A DNA stretch of 44,018 nucleotides from Candidatus Woesearchaeota archaeon (GTDB taxonomy: Archaea; Nanobdellota; Nanobdellia; SCGC-AAA011-G17; GW2011-AR18), in assembly GCA_964616675.1 (NCBI GenBank), contig CAZTRI010000017.1, positions 1 to 44,018 on the forward strand, read 5' to 3'. The notes beneath the pieces were generated by a model. That model saw only the letters and a list, made by a program, of their open reading frames with translations. It was not told where the DNA came from and made no database searches. Positions 8,470-17,074 of the stretch are shown here, piece after piece; within the stretch, counting starts at the first letter, position 1; each line of letters opens with the position of its first letter. The position numbers and the translations under genes are program-made.

Positions 8470-11035
8470 GCTTTCCTTCCTCCGCAAATTCCTTCATTAT
8501 TCTTGCAACATTAATCTTTCCACCCTCGGTTTTTGAAACATCAAGTCCATCTTCACCATACTCAAACTGAATTATGTTTCCTCTTCCATCTCTTACAGTA
8601 TTATCATATTCAACCTTAACATCTTGTAAAGCTGACGACAATCTTCTATACAAGTAACCAGACTTAGGAGTTCTAAGAGCTACATCCATCAGACTATCTC
8701 TTCCAGTCATTGCATGCATAAAGAACTCATGTGGTTCTAACCCTTCTTTAAATCCTCTTCTTACAAATCCTTTAGCTTTAGGTGTAAGTTCTCCCCTTTC
8801 AAATAATGACAAAGTTCTTCCAATATAACCATTTTCAATTCTTCTACCTCTCATAGACTGCTGTCCAACACATGCAGCCATCTGCGCCAAGTTAAGTATG
8901 TTACCTTTAGCACCACAATTAGCCATTATAATAGTTGGATTTTCACCTTGAGTAATCTCAGATACTACCTCACCAACTTTGGTTCTTGCTTTATCAAGAG
9001 TCTCTCTTATCCTTAACTCCATAGTCTCTTCCTCACTCAAACCTGGTAAAGCCTCTAGTTCTTTATTCCTCTGTTGCTCAATTAATTGTGTTACTCTTCT
9101 TTCTGCATTGTATATTATTTCTTTACATTTAGATGCAACTTCAGCAGGTAAATCTGTATCAGCAATAGATGTTGTGAATCCATTTCTTTGTAATGCTTCA
9201 ATCCCTAATCTAAATATATTTCCTAAAACCTTAATTCCCACATCTTCTCTATATTTTGCATAAATAGCTCTTATCAAATCACCCTTTTCTTGACCTATAG
9301 TAGCCTTATCAATGACACCTTCAACAAGTTCACCATTTCTTACAATAACATTTTTTCCATTCTTAGCTCTTCCAATAAAATTAAAATTTTCAGGTAATAA
9401 TGCACTAAACACTTGCTTTCCAGTTACCTTCTTTCCAAATTTAACAAATCTTTTTTCGTCATAGATACCTACTGTATACAGCATTTGTATTGCATCTTCT
9501 TTATCAACCACCATATCCCTAGTTAGCAAATAACATCCAGTTACTGCATCTGCACTACAACCTATAACATTCAATCCATCTTTAGGTCCTATGATTTGCG
9601 TTTGAACCTCTAGCAATAATTCAGCCTCAGCTCTTGCCTCTTCAGTCTGAGGAATATGTAAGTTCATTTCATCACCATCAAAATCAGCATTGTATGGAAA
9701 ACATACACTAGGATTTAATCTGAAAGATTTTCCAGGGAGTACTTTAACTTTATGAGCCATCACACTCATTCTATGCAATGAAGGCTGTCTGTTAAATACA
9801 GCAACATCACCATCAAGTAAATGTCTCTCAACAATATAACCTGGCTGCAACTCTTCAAGCAACTGCTCGTGAGTTTCATCAGTAATCTTTTTCTTTTTAC
9901 CATCAGGTCTTATAACATAATTAGATCCAGGATATTTTTTCGGTCCTTTCTCAACAAAAGCCTTAAGCCATTTTAAGTTCCACTCAGTTACTCTTTCAGG
10001 AACAGTTAATTCAGTAGCAACTGACATTGGGATTCCGACTTCATTAAGTTCAATCTTCGAATCTGGAGATATTACAGTTCTTGCAGCATAGTTCACCCTC
10101 TTACCAGTTAAGTTATGTCTAAATCTTCCTTCTTTACTCTTAATCCTTTCAGTTAATGTTCTTAATGCCTGGCCTGACCTATGTCTTGCTGGAGGAATTT
10201 GTGTAACACTATTGTTAAAATAAGTTGTAACATGATATTGAAGTAATTCCCACAAATCTTCAACAATAATTTCAGGAGCACCTGCATTAATGTTCTCAAA
10301 CAATCTCTGATTAATTCTTACAATATCTCCTAATTTATGTGTAAGATCATCTTCACTTCTCTCACCACTTTCCAAAGTAATTGATGGTCTTATTGTTACA
10401 GGTGGAACAGGAAGTATAGTTAATACTGCCCAATCTGGCCTTGCAACTTCTGGATTTATCCCTAATAATTTACAGTCCTCATCAGGAACTCTTTCTAATC
10501 TTACTCTAACATCAACAGGAGAAATTCTTTTTTCATCTTCCATAAAAGTAGTTGGTTTTTCAATTCTTATCTTAAATTGTTTAGCGCTACAATGAGGACA
10601 TTTCTTAACATTCTTCAATCCTTTAGAAAAATCTTTTATAGCTTGCTTCATAGCAGCAAGTTCTTTTTTAGCATTTTCCTTGTCAGCCTTATCAATTTTT
10701 CTATCATCAACAAGAACTCTTCCACATTCTCTACAAGTACATCTCAAGAATCTAAGTATTACATTAATAAATTCAATATGAACTACAGGTCTTGCAAAGT
10801 CCATATAACCAAAATGTCCAATACATTCCTTTAGTTTTCCACCACAAGTTTTACATTTAAGTCCTGGATCAATCACACCTAATCTTACATCCATTAATCC
10901 ACCATCAACAGGATAACCTTCTTTATCATAAAGTTCAGGAGTTACTACTTTAACACAGGCCATCTTTTTAATCATTTCTGGAGAAAGCATTCCAAACACA
11001 ATTGCCTTTACTTTTTTGTATGTGTACTCTATCAT
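8459..11035 (-). CDS. rpoA1: DNA-directed RNA polymerase subunit A' (Rpo1N)
   Basis: 858 aa with zinc motifs (CKTCGGKLKECIGHFG, CPHC), the catalytic NADFDGDEMNLH motif and RQPSLHRMS. Confidence 0.97.
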   Translation of the reverse strand: MIEYTYKKVKAIVFGMLSPEMIKKMACVKVVTPELYDKEGYPVDGGLMDVRLGVIDPGLKCKTCGGKLKECIGHFGYMDFARPVVHIEFINVILRFLRCTCRECGRVLVDDRKIDKADKENAKKELAAMKQAIKDFSKGLKNVKKCPHCSAKQFKIRIEKPTTFMEDEKRISPVDVRVRLERVPDEDCKLLGINPEVARPDWAVLTILPVPPVTIRPSITLESGERSEDDLTHKLGDIVRINQRLFENINAGAPEIIVEDLWELLQYHVTTYFNNSVTQIPPARHRSGQALRTLTERIKSKEGRFRHNLTGKRVNYAARTVISPDSKIELNEVGIPMSVATELTVPERVTEWNLKWLKAFVEKGPKKYPGSNYVIRPDGKKKKITDETHEQLLEELQPGYIVERHLLDGDVAVFNRQPSLHRMSVMAHKVKVLPGKSFRLNPSVCFPYNADFDGDEMNLHIPQTEEARAEAELLLEVQTQIIGPKDGLNVIGCSADAVTGCYLLTRDMVVDKEDAIQMLYTVGIYDEKRFVKFGKKVTGKQVFSALLPENFNFIGRAKNGKNVIVRNGELVEGVIDKATIGQEKGDLIRAIYAKYREDVGIKVLGNIFRLGIEALQRNGFTTSIADTDLPAEVASKCKEIIYNAERRVTQLIEQQRNKELEALPGLSEEETMELRIRETLDKARTKVGEVVSEITQGENPTIIMANCGAKGNILNLAQMAACVGQQSMRGRRIENGYIGRTLSLFERGELTPKAKGFVRRGFKEGLEPHEFFMHAMTGRDSLMDVALRTPKSGYLYRRLSSALQDVKVEYDNTVRDGRGNIIQFEYGEDGLDVSKTEGGKINVARIMKEFAEEGKHAA

Positions 11036-11036
11036 T

Positions 11037-12845
11037 TTAATACTTTCCTCCTAAAACTAATTTAGGATAAATTCCAAGTGCTTTTAACTCATCAATTAAA
11101 AGTTTGAAAGCATAACTTAAGTATACTCTTGAAATCTTAACTTTACTACCACACTTAGCACAATATTCCTGATCCTTATATGAATCGTAAATAGCTAACA
11201 TTCCACACCCTTCACATACATAAAGTAAAGTTTTATCTGAATCAAATCTTTCCTTCAATAGAAGTGATGCTCCATGAGCTACGAGACAATCCTTCTCCAT
11301 TTCACCAACTCTAAGTCCACCACCTTGTGATCTTCCTTCAATTGGTTGTCTAGTTAATAACTGGATCTTACCCATTCCTCTTGCATGTAATTTATTAGCA
11401 ACCATATGCCTTAACTTCAAGTAGTACATATTACCAACATAAATCTTAGCTTTAAACTCTTGTCCTGTTACACCATTATAAAAAGTCTCAAGTCCATCTT
11501 CTCTGAAACCTAATTCAGTTAACATTTTTCTTAATTCTTTTTCAGAAGTAGAATCAAAAGTCGTTCCATCTATATAACTTCCATTTAAAGCACCTGCTTT
11601 TCCAGCAATTACTTCTATTAAATGTGAAATTGTCATTCTACTAGGAATTCCATGTGGTGAGAACATAATATCTGGCATGATTCCGTTTGAAGAGAAAGGC
11701 ATATCAGCCAAAGGAACTAGATAACCAATAACACCTTTTTGTCCGTGTTTAGATGCAAACTTATCACCAACTTCAGGAATTCTCAAATTTCTTACTCTTA
11801 ATTGTACTAATTTATTTCCATCTTCACCTTCAGTAACTATGATAGTATCAACAACCCCTTCTTCATCTTGTTTCAAAGTTATTGAACTTTCTCTCTTTAT
11901 ATTCGAAGAAATATTAAACTCTTCAAACTCACCTAAGAATCTTGGAGGACTAACTCTTCCAACTACAACATCTTCCTCAGCTACCTTAGCACCATTATAT
12001 ACAATACCATCGTCCTCAAGCAATCTATAATCTTTCTCAACTTTATATCCTTTAACATCCTTATCAGGTATACATATTTCATCAACAAGTCCACCTTGGT
12101 ATCTCATTTCCTGACATATGAAAGGTTTAAAGTAAGTTGATCTTGCTAATCCTCTTTCAACAGATGCTTTATTCAAAATTACAGCATCCTCCATGTTATA
12201 ACCTTCAAAGCCCATAACAGCAATAACAACATTCTGTCCGCATGGATATGATTCATAATTAAAGATATCATGCATAAAACTTTTTGTTATAGGAATTTGT
12301 GGATAATGAAGTATATTTGCATCAGTATCAATTCTCAACAAAAAATTAGCAGCATATATTCCTAATGACTGCTTCTGTATCTTACTTCCCCTTATCAGCC
12401 TTGAACTACCACCGAAGTTAGAGAAAGGTATAAGTGATGTACAAAGGCCTAAAATAGTTATAGGAGCAATCTCGAGATGTGTATGTTGTTTTGTCAATTC
12501 CTTTTCATCAATAGCAACATAACAATTTTCTTCTTCAGCAGAATCAATATATTCAATTATTCCTTCTTTAATTAACTTATCCCATTTCATCTCACCACTC
12601 ATTATCATCTCTATATGTTTTAGTGTAAGTTTTGATTTCCCAGCTTCAACAACAATCAAAGGTCTCCTAGCTCTACCTTTAGTAATATCTAAATAGATCT
12701 CATCAAAATCTTCATCATGATAAATGTTTAATTCACCTGGAATGTTTCCAGCCCTTCTTTCTGATTTAATAAATTTAAGGAAATCCTTGGCTATCTTAAC
12801 ATTTCCAATATATTTTTCATTTAAATATACATCAGTCATTTTCAT
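11037..12845 (-). CDS. rpoB1: DNA-directed RNA polymerase subunit B' (C-terminal part of split Rpo2)
   Basis: 602 aa with GYNMEDA, SKHGQKG, GGLRVGEMEKDC and a C-terminal zinc ribbon CEGCG...CAKCG. Confidence 0.97.
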   Translation of the reverse strand: MKMTDVYLNEKYIGNVKIAKDFLKFIKSERRAGNIPGELNIYHDEDFDEIYLDITKGRARRPLIVVEAGKSKLTLKHIEMIMSGEMKWDKLIKEGIIEYIDSAEEENCYVAIDEKELTKQHTHLEIAPITILGLCTSLIPFSNFGGSSRLIRGSKIQKQSLGIYAANFLLRIDTDANILHYPQIPITKSFMHDIFNYESYPCGQNVVIAVMGFEGYNMEDAVILNKASVERGLARSTYFKPFICQEMRYQGGLVDEICIPDKDVKGYKVEKDYRLLEDDGIVYNGAKVAEEDVVVGRVSPPRFLGEFEEFNISSNIKRESSITLKQDEEGVVDTIIVTEGEDGNKLVQLRVRNLRIPEVGDKFASKHGQKGVIGYLVPLADMPFSSNGIMPDIMFSPHGIPSRMTISHLIEVIAGKAGALNGSYIDGTTFDSTSEKELRKMLTELGFREDGLETFYNGVTGQEFKAKIYVGNMYYLKLRHMVANKLHARGMGKIQLLTRQPIEGRSQGGGLRVGEMEKDCLVAHGASLLLKERFDSDKTLLYVCEGCGMLAIYDSYKDQEYCAKCGSKVKISRVYLSYAFKLLIDELKALGIYPKLVLGGKY

Positions 12846-14336
12846 TTACTCCGCAAACTTTATTCCACTACCTGCAAGCATTTTCTTTACTTTATCTTCA
12901 CTCACATCTGTTGCAGTTATTTCACACAACAATGCAAGATTTTTTCTAAGTCCAATAGGTGTTCCTTCTGGAGTTTCGATTGGACACAATCTTCCAAAAT
13001 GAGTAGGATGTAATGCTCTCGCCTCAAAGTTCTCTTGAGTTGATGTTAATAATGAAAGTACCCTTTGTAAGTGTGAAACTGTTGCAAGCATATTGGTTCT
13101 CTCCATGTTCTGTGAGATTCCTTTCCTTCCACCAGTCCATGATCCAGTTGCAAGCGCACTTTTTATGTTTGAAGTTAATAACTCATCTCTTATTATTATT
13201 TTAATAGATTGGAACTTACCTCTCTTAACAAGCCTCTGGAAGTTGTACATAACATCCTGCACTAACGATCTTAAGCTTGTTCTCATCAAATCTTCTAGCA
13301 AATCACCAGCAAGTCTTAATCTTTTGTTCATATAATGATCCTTGTCTGAAACTCTCATATCCTCTTCAGTAATTAACAAGAATTTGTAAACCATTTTAGC
13401 TAAATTATATGCTTTAACTTTCCTATCCTTAGCATCTCCACCAAGATGAGGTAATAAATATCTATCAAGTGCCTCTTTTGCTCTTTCAATTTTAATCTCT
13501 CTAGGTTGTGTGATTCCCATTCTTTTTCCCATGAATTCTAGTGCATCATCTTGTGTTTTCAAGTTAACAGCATCATAAAGATTTATGAAAACAGAATCAT
13601 AATCTTTTCCAGGAGATATTAAATTCTTAATCTCTTCTTCTTTTGTAATTCCTAATGATTTTATAACAGCAACAACAGGGATTCTTTTAAATCTTGTAAA
13701 ACTAAGTAGGAACAATCCTTCCTTCATAACTTCCAATGTATGTGGTATTCTGTACGATCCTAATTCAGAGAATAATTTACCAACATATTCTGAGGGACCT
13801 ATTGATTTCTTTTCTATAAATAATTTATTAGGAGCAAGATCTTCTACAGTAATTAATACTCTTTCATTCCCATTAATTATAAAGTATCCACCTAAATCAT
13901 CTGGATCCTCACCTTTTTGTATCAACTCTTCTCTTTTCAATCCAACCAAATGACAGTACTTTGATTTTAGCATTATTGGCAACTTTCCAACCAAACATTC
14001 AAATGTTTCTCTTTGAACATCATCAACATAAGCACTAACTTCAACAAACATAGGTGCAGAATAAGTCAAGTTTCTCAATCTTGCTTCAGATGGAAGAACA
14101 TCTCTCTTACTTCCATCAGCTTCAATAACTGAAGGTTTTTCTATCCAAATTCTTTTTAATCTGATAACATAAGACTCAACTTCTTGTGGTATAATTGTAG
14201 GAACAATATCTCTTACCTCTTCAATAAGTTTAGGTAATCTATTATCAACAAAATCATTAAAACTTTTTATTTGTAATTCTGAAAAAGTATGATCCTTAAA
14301 ATAAGATTTAATTAATTCTCTATAACCCTCAGCCAT
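12846..14336 (-). CDS. rpoB2: DNA-directed RNA polymerase subunit B'' (N-terminal part of split Rpo2)
   Basis: 496 aa with GYFIINGNERVLI and CPIETPEG. It directly abuts rpoB1 (stop 12846-12848, next ATG at 12845). Confidence 0.96.
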   Translation of the reverse strand: MAEGYRELIKSYFKDHTFSELQIKSFNDFVDNRLPKLIEEVRDIVPTIIPQEVESYVIRLKRIWIEKPSVIEADGSKRDVLPSEARLRNLTYSAPMFVEVSAYVDDVQRETFECLVGKLPIMLKSKYCHLVGLKREELIQKGEDPDDLGGYFIINGNERVLITVEDLAPNKLFIEKKSIGPSEYVGKLFSELGSYRIPHTLEVMKEGLFLLSFTRFKRIPVVAVIKSLGITKEEEIKNLISPGKDYDSVFINLYDAVNLKTQDDALEFMGKRMGITQPREIKIERAKEALDRYLLPHLGGDAKDRKVKAYNLAKMVYKFLLITEEDMRVSDKDHYMNKRLRLAGDLLEDLMRTSLRSLVQDVMYNFQRLVKRGKFQSIKIIIRDELLTSNIKSALATGSWTGGRKGISQNMERTNMLATVSHLQRVLSLLTSTQENFEARALHPTHFGRLCPIETPEGTPIGLRKNLALLCEITATDVSEDKVKKMLAGSGIKFAE

Positions 14337-14574
14337 TTATAACCGCCCTATAATATACATAATCACCAACAGTAGGACTTTTCCTTGTTATTTTAACAAC
14401 TTCACCTGCTTTAAGTGCACTAGTTTTAATTGCAGGATCATTGTTTTTTATCATTGGTAACTGTTTGATTGAAATATTAAATTTCTTAAGTAATGCGTCT
14501 ATTTCTTCATCTGTAGCCTTCTCATGTTTAGGTACAAGGACATGTGTTGTGATATCAAATTTTAGTTCTTCCAT
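14329..14574 (-). CDS. rpoH: DNA-directed RNA polymerase subunit H (Rpo5)
   Basis: 81 aa with HVLVPKHEK...LPMIKNNDPA...GEVVKITR. It is the first gene of the RNAP operon. Confidence 0.9.
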   Translation of the reverse strand: MEELKFDITTHVLVPKHEKATDEEIDALLKKFNISIKQLPMIKNNDPAIKTSALKAGEVVKITRKSPTVGDYVYYRAVING

Positions 14575-14584
14575 TTTTTTTATA

Positions 14585-14736
14585 TGGCCCAGACGGGATT
14601 TGAACCCGCAACCCCCTGATTACTACCCAACTGGTTAAAAGTTTCACTTGAGACGATTGACCGATGAAGTTTTCCTAATGAACATAACATTTTCTTTCCT
14701 CTCAACAGGTGCTCTACCAGCTTGAGCTACTGGGCC
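14585..14736 (-). tRNA. tRNA-Lys(UUU) with two predicted introns (63 nt at 30/31, 14643..14705; 15 nt at 37/38, 14621..14635)
   Basis: The exons join to GGCCCAG-TA-GCTC-AAGCTGGTA-GAGC-A-CCTGA-CTTTTAA-TCAGG-GGGTT-GCGGG-TTCAAAT-CCCGT-CTGGGCC-A, a perfect 74-nt cloverleaf. A bulge-helix-bulge-like fold can be drawn at both introns. Confidence 0.8.
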
Positions 14737-14741
14737 TTTTA

Positions 14742-14859
14742 CGCCCTGGCCGAGATTCGAACTCGGGTTGCAGCCTTTCCACGAAATATCATGACAGGGC
14801 ATCACGTCATAATACAATAAGTATTATGATTGCGTGCTGGACCACTACACTACCAGGGC
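14742..14859 (-). tRNA. tRNA-Asp(GUC) with two predicted introns (30 nt at 28/29, 14801..14830; 15 nt at 37/38, 14777..14791)
   Basis: The exons join to GCCCTGG-TA-GTGT-AGTGGTCCA-GCAC-G-CAGCC-CTGTCAA-GGCTG-CAAC-CCGAG-TTCGAAT-CTCGG-CCAGGGC-G (73 nt). Intron 1 contains a perfect 9-bp hairpin flanked by CACG/CGTG and the 3-nt bulges CAA and ATG. Confidence 0.8.
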
Positions 14860-15153
14860 ACGCCATGTGCATAGAACCTTCTATTGCTCATAATCTGTCT
14901 TGAAAAATAGGGAAATTCTGGCTTTATTCCCGCCTTTTGAGACCCAGCACAACAGAAAGTTCATGTAAGTCCTTGTCAATTAGAACTAATATATAAAGCT
15001 TATGTTCGCCCCTAGTATTTAACTTTTTCCATTTGCCCCATACTCCCCTCCATATATAAACAACCTTGGGCACTAGGAGTAACTAAAATTAGTATATTTA
15101 GCACTAAATCCACAAAAACCTTTATTAATGCAAACCTCACAATAAAGACAGTA

Positions 15154-16374
15154 ATGTATAATATAAGAGAGGTGAAAGCAGACGAAGTATTTGACTCTAG
15201 AGGTAACCCTACAGTAAGAGTTAAAGTCTGGGTAAAAAATCAGTCAGGGACAAGTTATGTTCCAAGTGGAAAATCAACAGGCAAATATGAAGCATATGAA
15301 TTAAGAGACGGTGGTGAAAGGCTTGATGGTATGGGAGTTCTAAATGCAGTTAGAAATGTTAACAAAGTAATAAGAAAAAAATTAATTGGAGTTAACATAG
15401 AAGATCAAGAAAACATAGACAAAATAATGATCAATCTCGATGGTACAGAAAACAAATCAAGACTTGGTGCAAATGCAATTTTAGGTGTTAGTATGGCTTG
15501 TGCAAGAGCAAGAGCTTTAGCTTATAATAAACCATTACATGCAGTTCTAGGTAGTAAGAAAAAATTACCTGTTCCTTTCCTTAACGTAATCAATGGCGGC
15601 AAACATGCATCAAATAAAATATCATTTCAGGAATTCATGATCGCTCCAAAACTCAAAACATTCACAAAAAGTTTTGTTGCTGCAGTTGAAATTGATCACA
15701 AGTTAGGGGAATTAATAAGGAAACATCATAAAGCAACTACATTAGGCGATGAAGGGGGTTTTGCACCAGAATTAAAATCTCATCGAGAAGCTTTGAATTT
15801 AATTGAAAAGGTAATAAAAGAATCAGGTTACAATAAAATAGATTTAGGTATGGATGTGGCTGCATCTGAATTCTACAAAAATAATTATTATAATGTTGAT
15901 GGGAAAAAATTAAACAAAGAAAAATTATTGGATCTTTATATTGATTTAATAAAAGACTACAAATTAATATCTCTTGAAGATCCGTTTGAACAAAATGACT
16001 TTGATTCATTTGCAAAACTTTTAAATAAAGTAAAAAACAAATGTCAGGTAGTTGGAGATGACATTACAGTAACAAATGTTAACAGAATGAAGCTAGCAAA
16101 AGATTCATGCAATGTTTTATTATTGAAAATAAATCAAATAGGTACTTTAAGCGAAGCAAAAATAGCATTTGATTACGCAAAAAAAATGAAATGGAAAGTA
16201 ATGGTCTCCCACAGATCAGGTGAAACATGTGATAGTTTTATTTCAGACCTTGCAGTAGGTTGGGGTGCAGAACAAATAAAAGCAGGTGCACCGGCAAGAT
16301 CAGAAAGGGTAGCTAAGTATAATAGATTAATGGAAATAGAAAGAGAATTAGGGTGGAGGGCTAAATTTGGCTAA
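15154..16374 (+). CDS. eno: enolase
   Basis: 406 aa with VFDSRGNPTV, NVINGG.HA, DVAASEFY, VGDDITVTN, LLLKINQIGTLSE, SHRSGET and AKYNRLMEIE. Confidence 0.96.
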   Translation: MYNIREVKADEVFDSRGNPTVRVKVWVKNQSGTSYVPSGKSTGKYEAYELRDGGERLDGMGVLNAVRNVNKVIRKKLIGVNIEDQENIDKIMINLDGTENKSRLGANAILGVSMACARARALAYNKPLHAVLGSKKKLPVPFLNVINGGKHASNKISFQEFMIAPKLKTFTKSFVAAVEIDHKLGELIRKHHKATTLGDEGGFAPELKSHREALNLIEKVIKESGYNKIDLGMDVAASEFYKNNYYNVDGKKLNKEKLLDLYIDLIKDYKLISLEDPFEQNDFDSFAKLLNKVKNKCQVVGDDITVTNVNRMKLAKDSCNVLLLKINQIGTLSEAKIAFDYAKKMKWKVMVSHRSGETCDSFISDLAVGWGAEQIKAGAPARSERVAKYNRLMEIERELGWRAKFG

Positions 16375-17029
16375 AATAATAATAGTAAACTTCAAATGTT
16401 ACAAAGAAGCAACAGGAAAAAACGCAGAAAAACTAGTTAAGTTATTCGAAAAAGTTGCGAAAAAATTCCCAAAAATAAAAATAGTTGCTGCAGTACAGTA
16501 TTCAGACATTTACAAATTAAATAAATTAGTAAAAAAGATAGATATTTATGCACAGCACGTAGATAGTGTTACACCAGGACCTTTCACAGGACATATTTCA
16601 GCATTATCATTAAAAGAATCAGGAGCAAAGGGTGTTATTCTAAATCATTCTGAGAAAAACATTACAATTGATGAAATAGAAGATGCATTAAGAGTAAGCA
16701 AGTACAATGGATTAAAAGTAGTAGTATGTGCAAGCGATGATATAATAGGGCGTGAACTTAGTACACTCAAACCAGATTACATAGCAGTAGAACCACCAGA
16801 ATTAATTGGTGGGAATATATCTGTATCTAAAGCAAATCCAAATATTATTAAGAGATCTTTTGAAAAAATAAAAAATAAATTAATTGTTGGAGCAGGTGTA
16901 AAAAATCAGGAAGATGTAAGAATTGCAGTTAAACTAGGAGCAACAGGAATCTTAGTTTCATCAGGTGTTGTTCTAGCAAAGAATCCAGAAAAAGCATTAG
17001 AAGATTTATGCAAAGGCTTTCAATCCTAA
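16367..17029 (+). CDS. tpiA: triosephosphate isomerase, archaeal short type
   Basis: 220 aa with IIVNFKCY, GVILNHSE, AVEPPELIGG and VGAGV. It has a TTG start that overlaps the eno stop by 8 nt. Confidence 0.88.
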   Translation: MAKIIIVNFKCYKEATGKNAEKLVKLFEKVAKKFPKIKIVAAVQYSDIYKLNKLVKKIDIYAQHVDSVTPGPFTGHISALSLKESGAKGVILNHSEKNITIDEIEDALRVSKYNGLKVVVCASDDIIGRELSTLKPDYIAVEPPELIGGNISVSKANPNIIKRSFEKIKNKLIVGAGVKNQEDVRIAVKLGATGILVSSGVVLAKNPEKALEDLCKGFQS

Positions 17030-17041
17030 AAATTAGTAAGT

Positions 17042-17049
17042 TTTAAATA
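17042..17049 (+). promoter_or_regulatory. candidate TATA box for the tRNA-Ile/tRNA-Glu transcript
   Basis: TTTAAATA lies about 26-33 nt upstream of GGGCC at 17075, which places the predicted transcription start at or just before 17075. Confidence 0.4.
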
Positions 17050-17074
17050 ATTACATCTAGTTTGTTTTCTTCAT

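Noticed and set aside
7414-13335. Numerous 60-100-aa plus-strand ORFs inside the rpoA and rpoB genes (for example 7414..7716, 8979..9263, 10577..10834, 11839..12030, 12724..13002, 13013..13335).
   Set aside because: All lie antisense within strongly supported RNA polymerase genes and have low-complexity Ser/Leu/Phe-rich translations. These are typical shadow ORFs of an AT-rich genome.
14575-14584. TATAAAAAAA immediately upstream of the rpoH ATG, considered as the operon promoter.
   Set aside because: It is only 10 nt from the ATG. An archaeal TATA box sits about 25 nt upstream of the transcription start, so it could not produce an mRNA containing the rpoH start codon.
14441-14903. Track ORFs 14441..14638(+) and 14709..14903(+).
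   Set aside because: They run antisense through rpoH and the tRNA-Lys and tRNA-Asp genes. The tRNA interpretation explains the GC-rich sequence far better.
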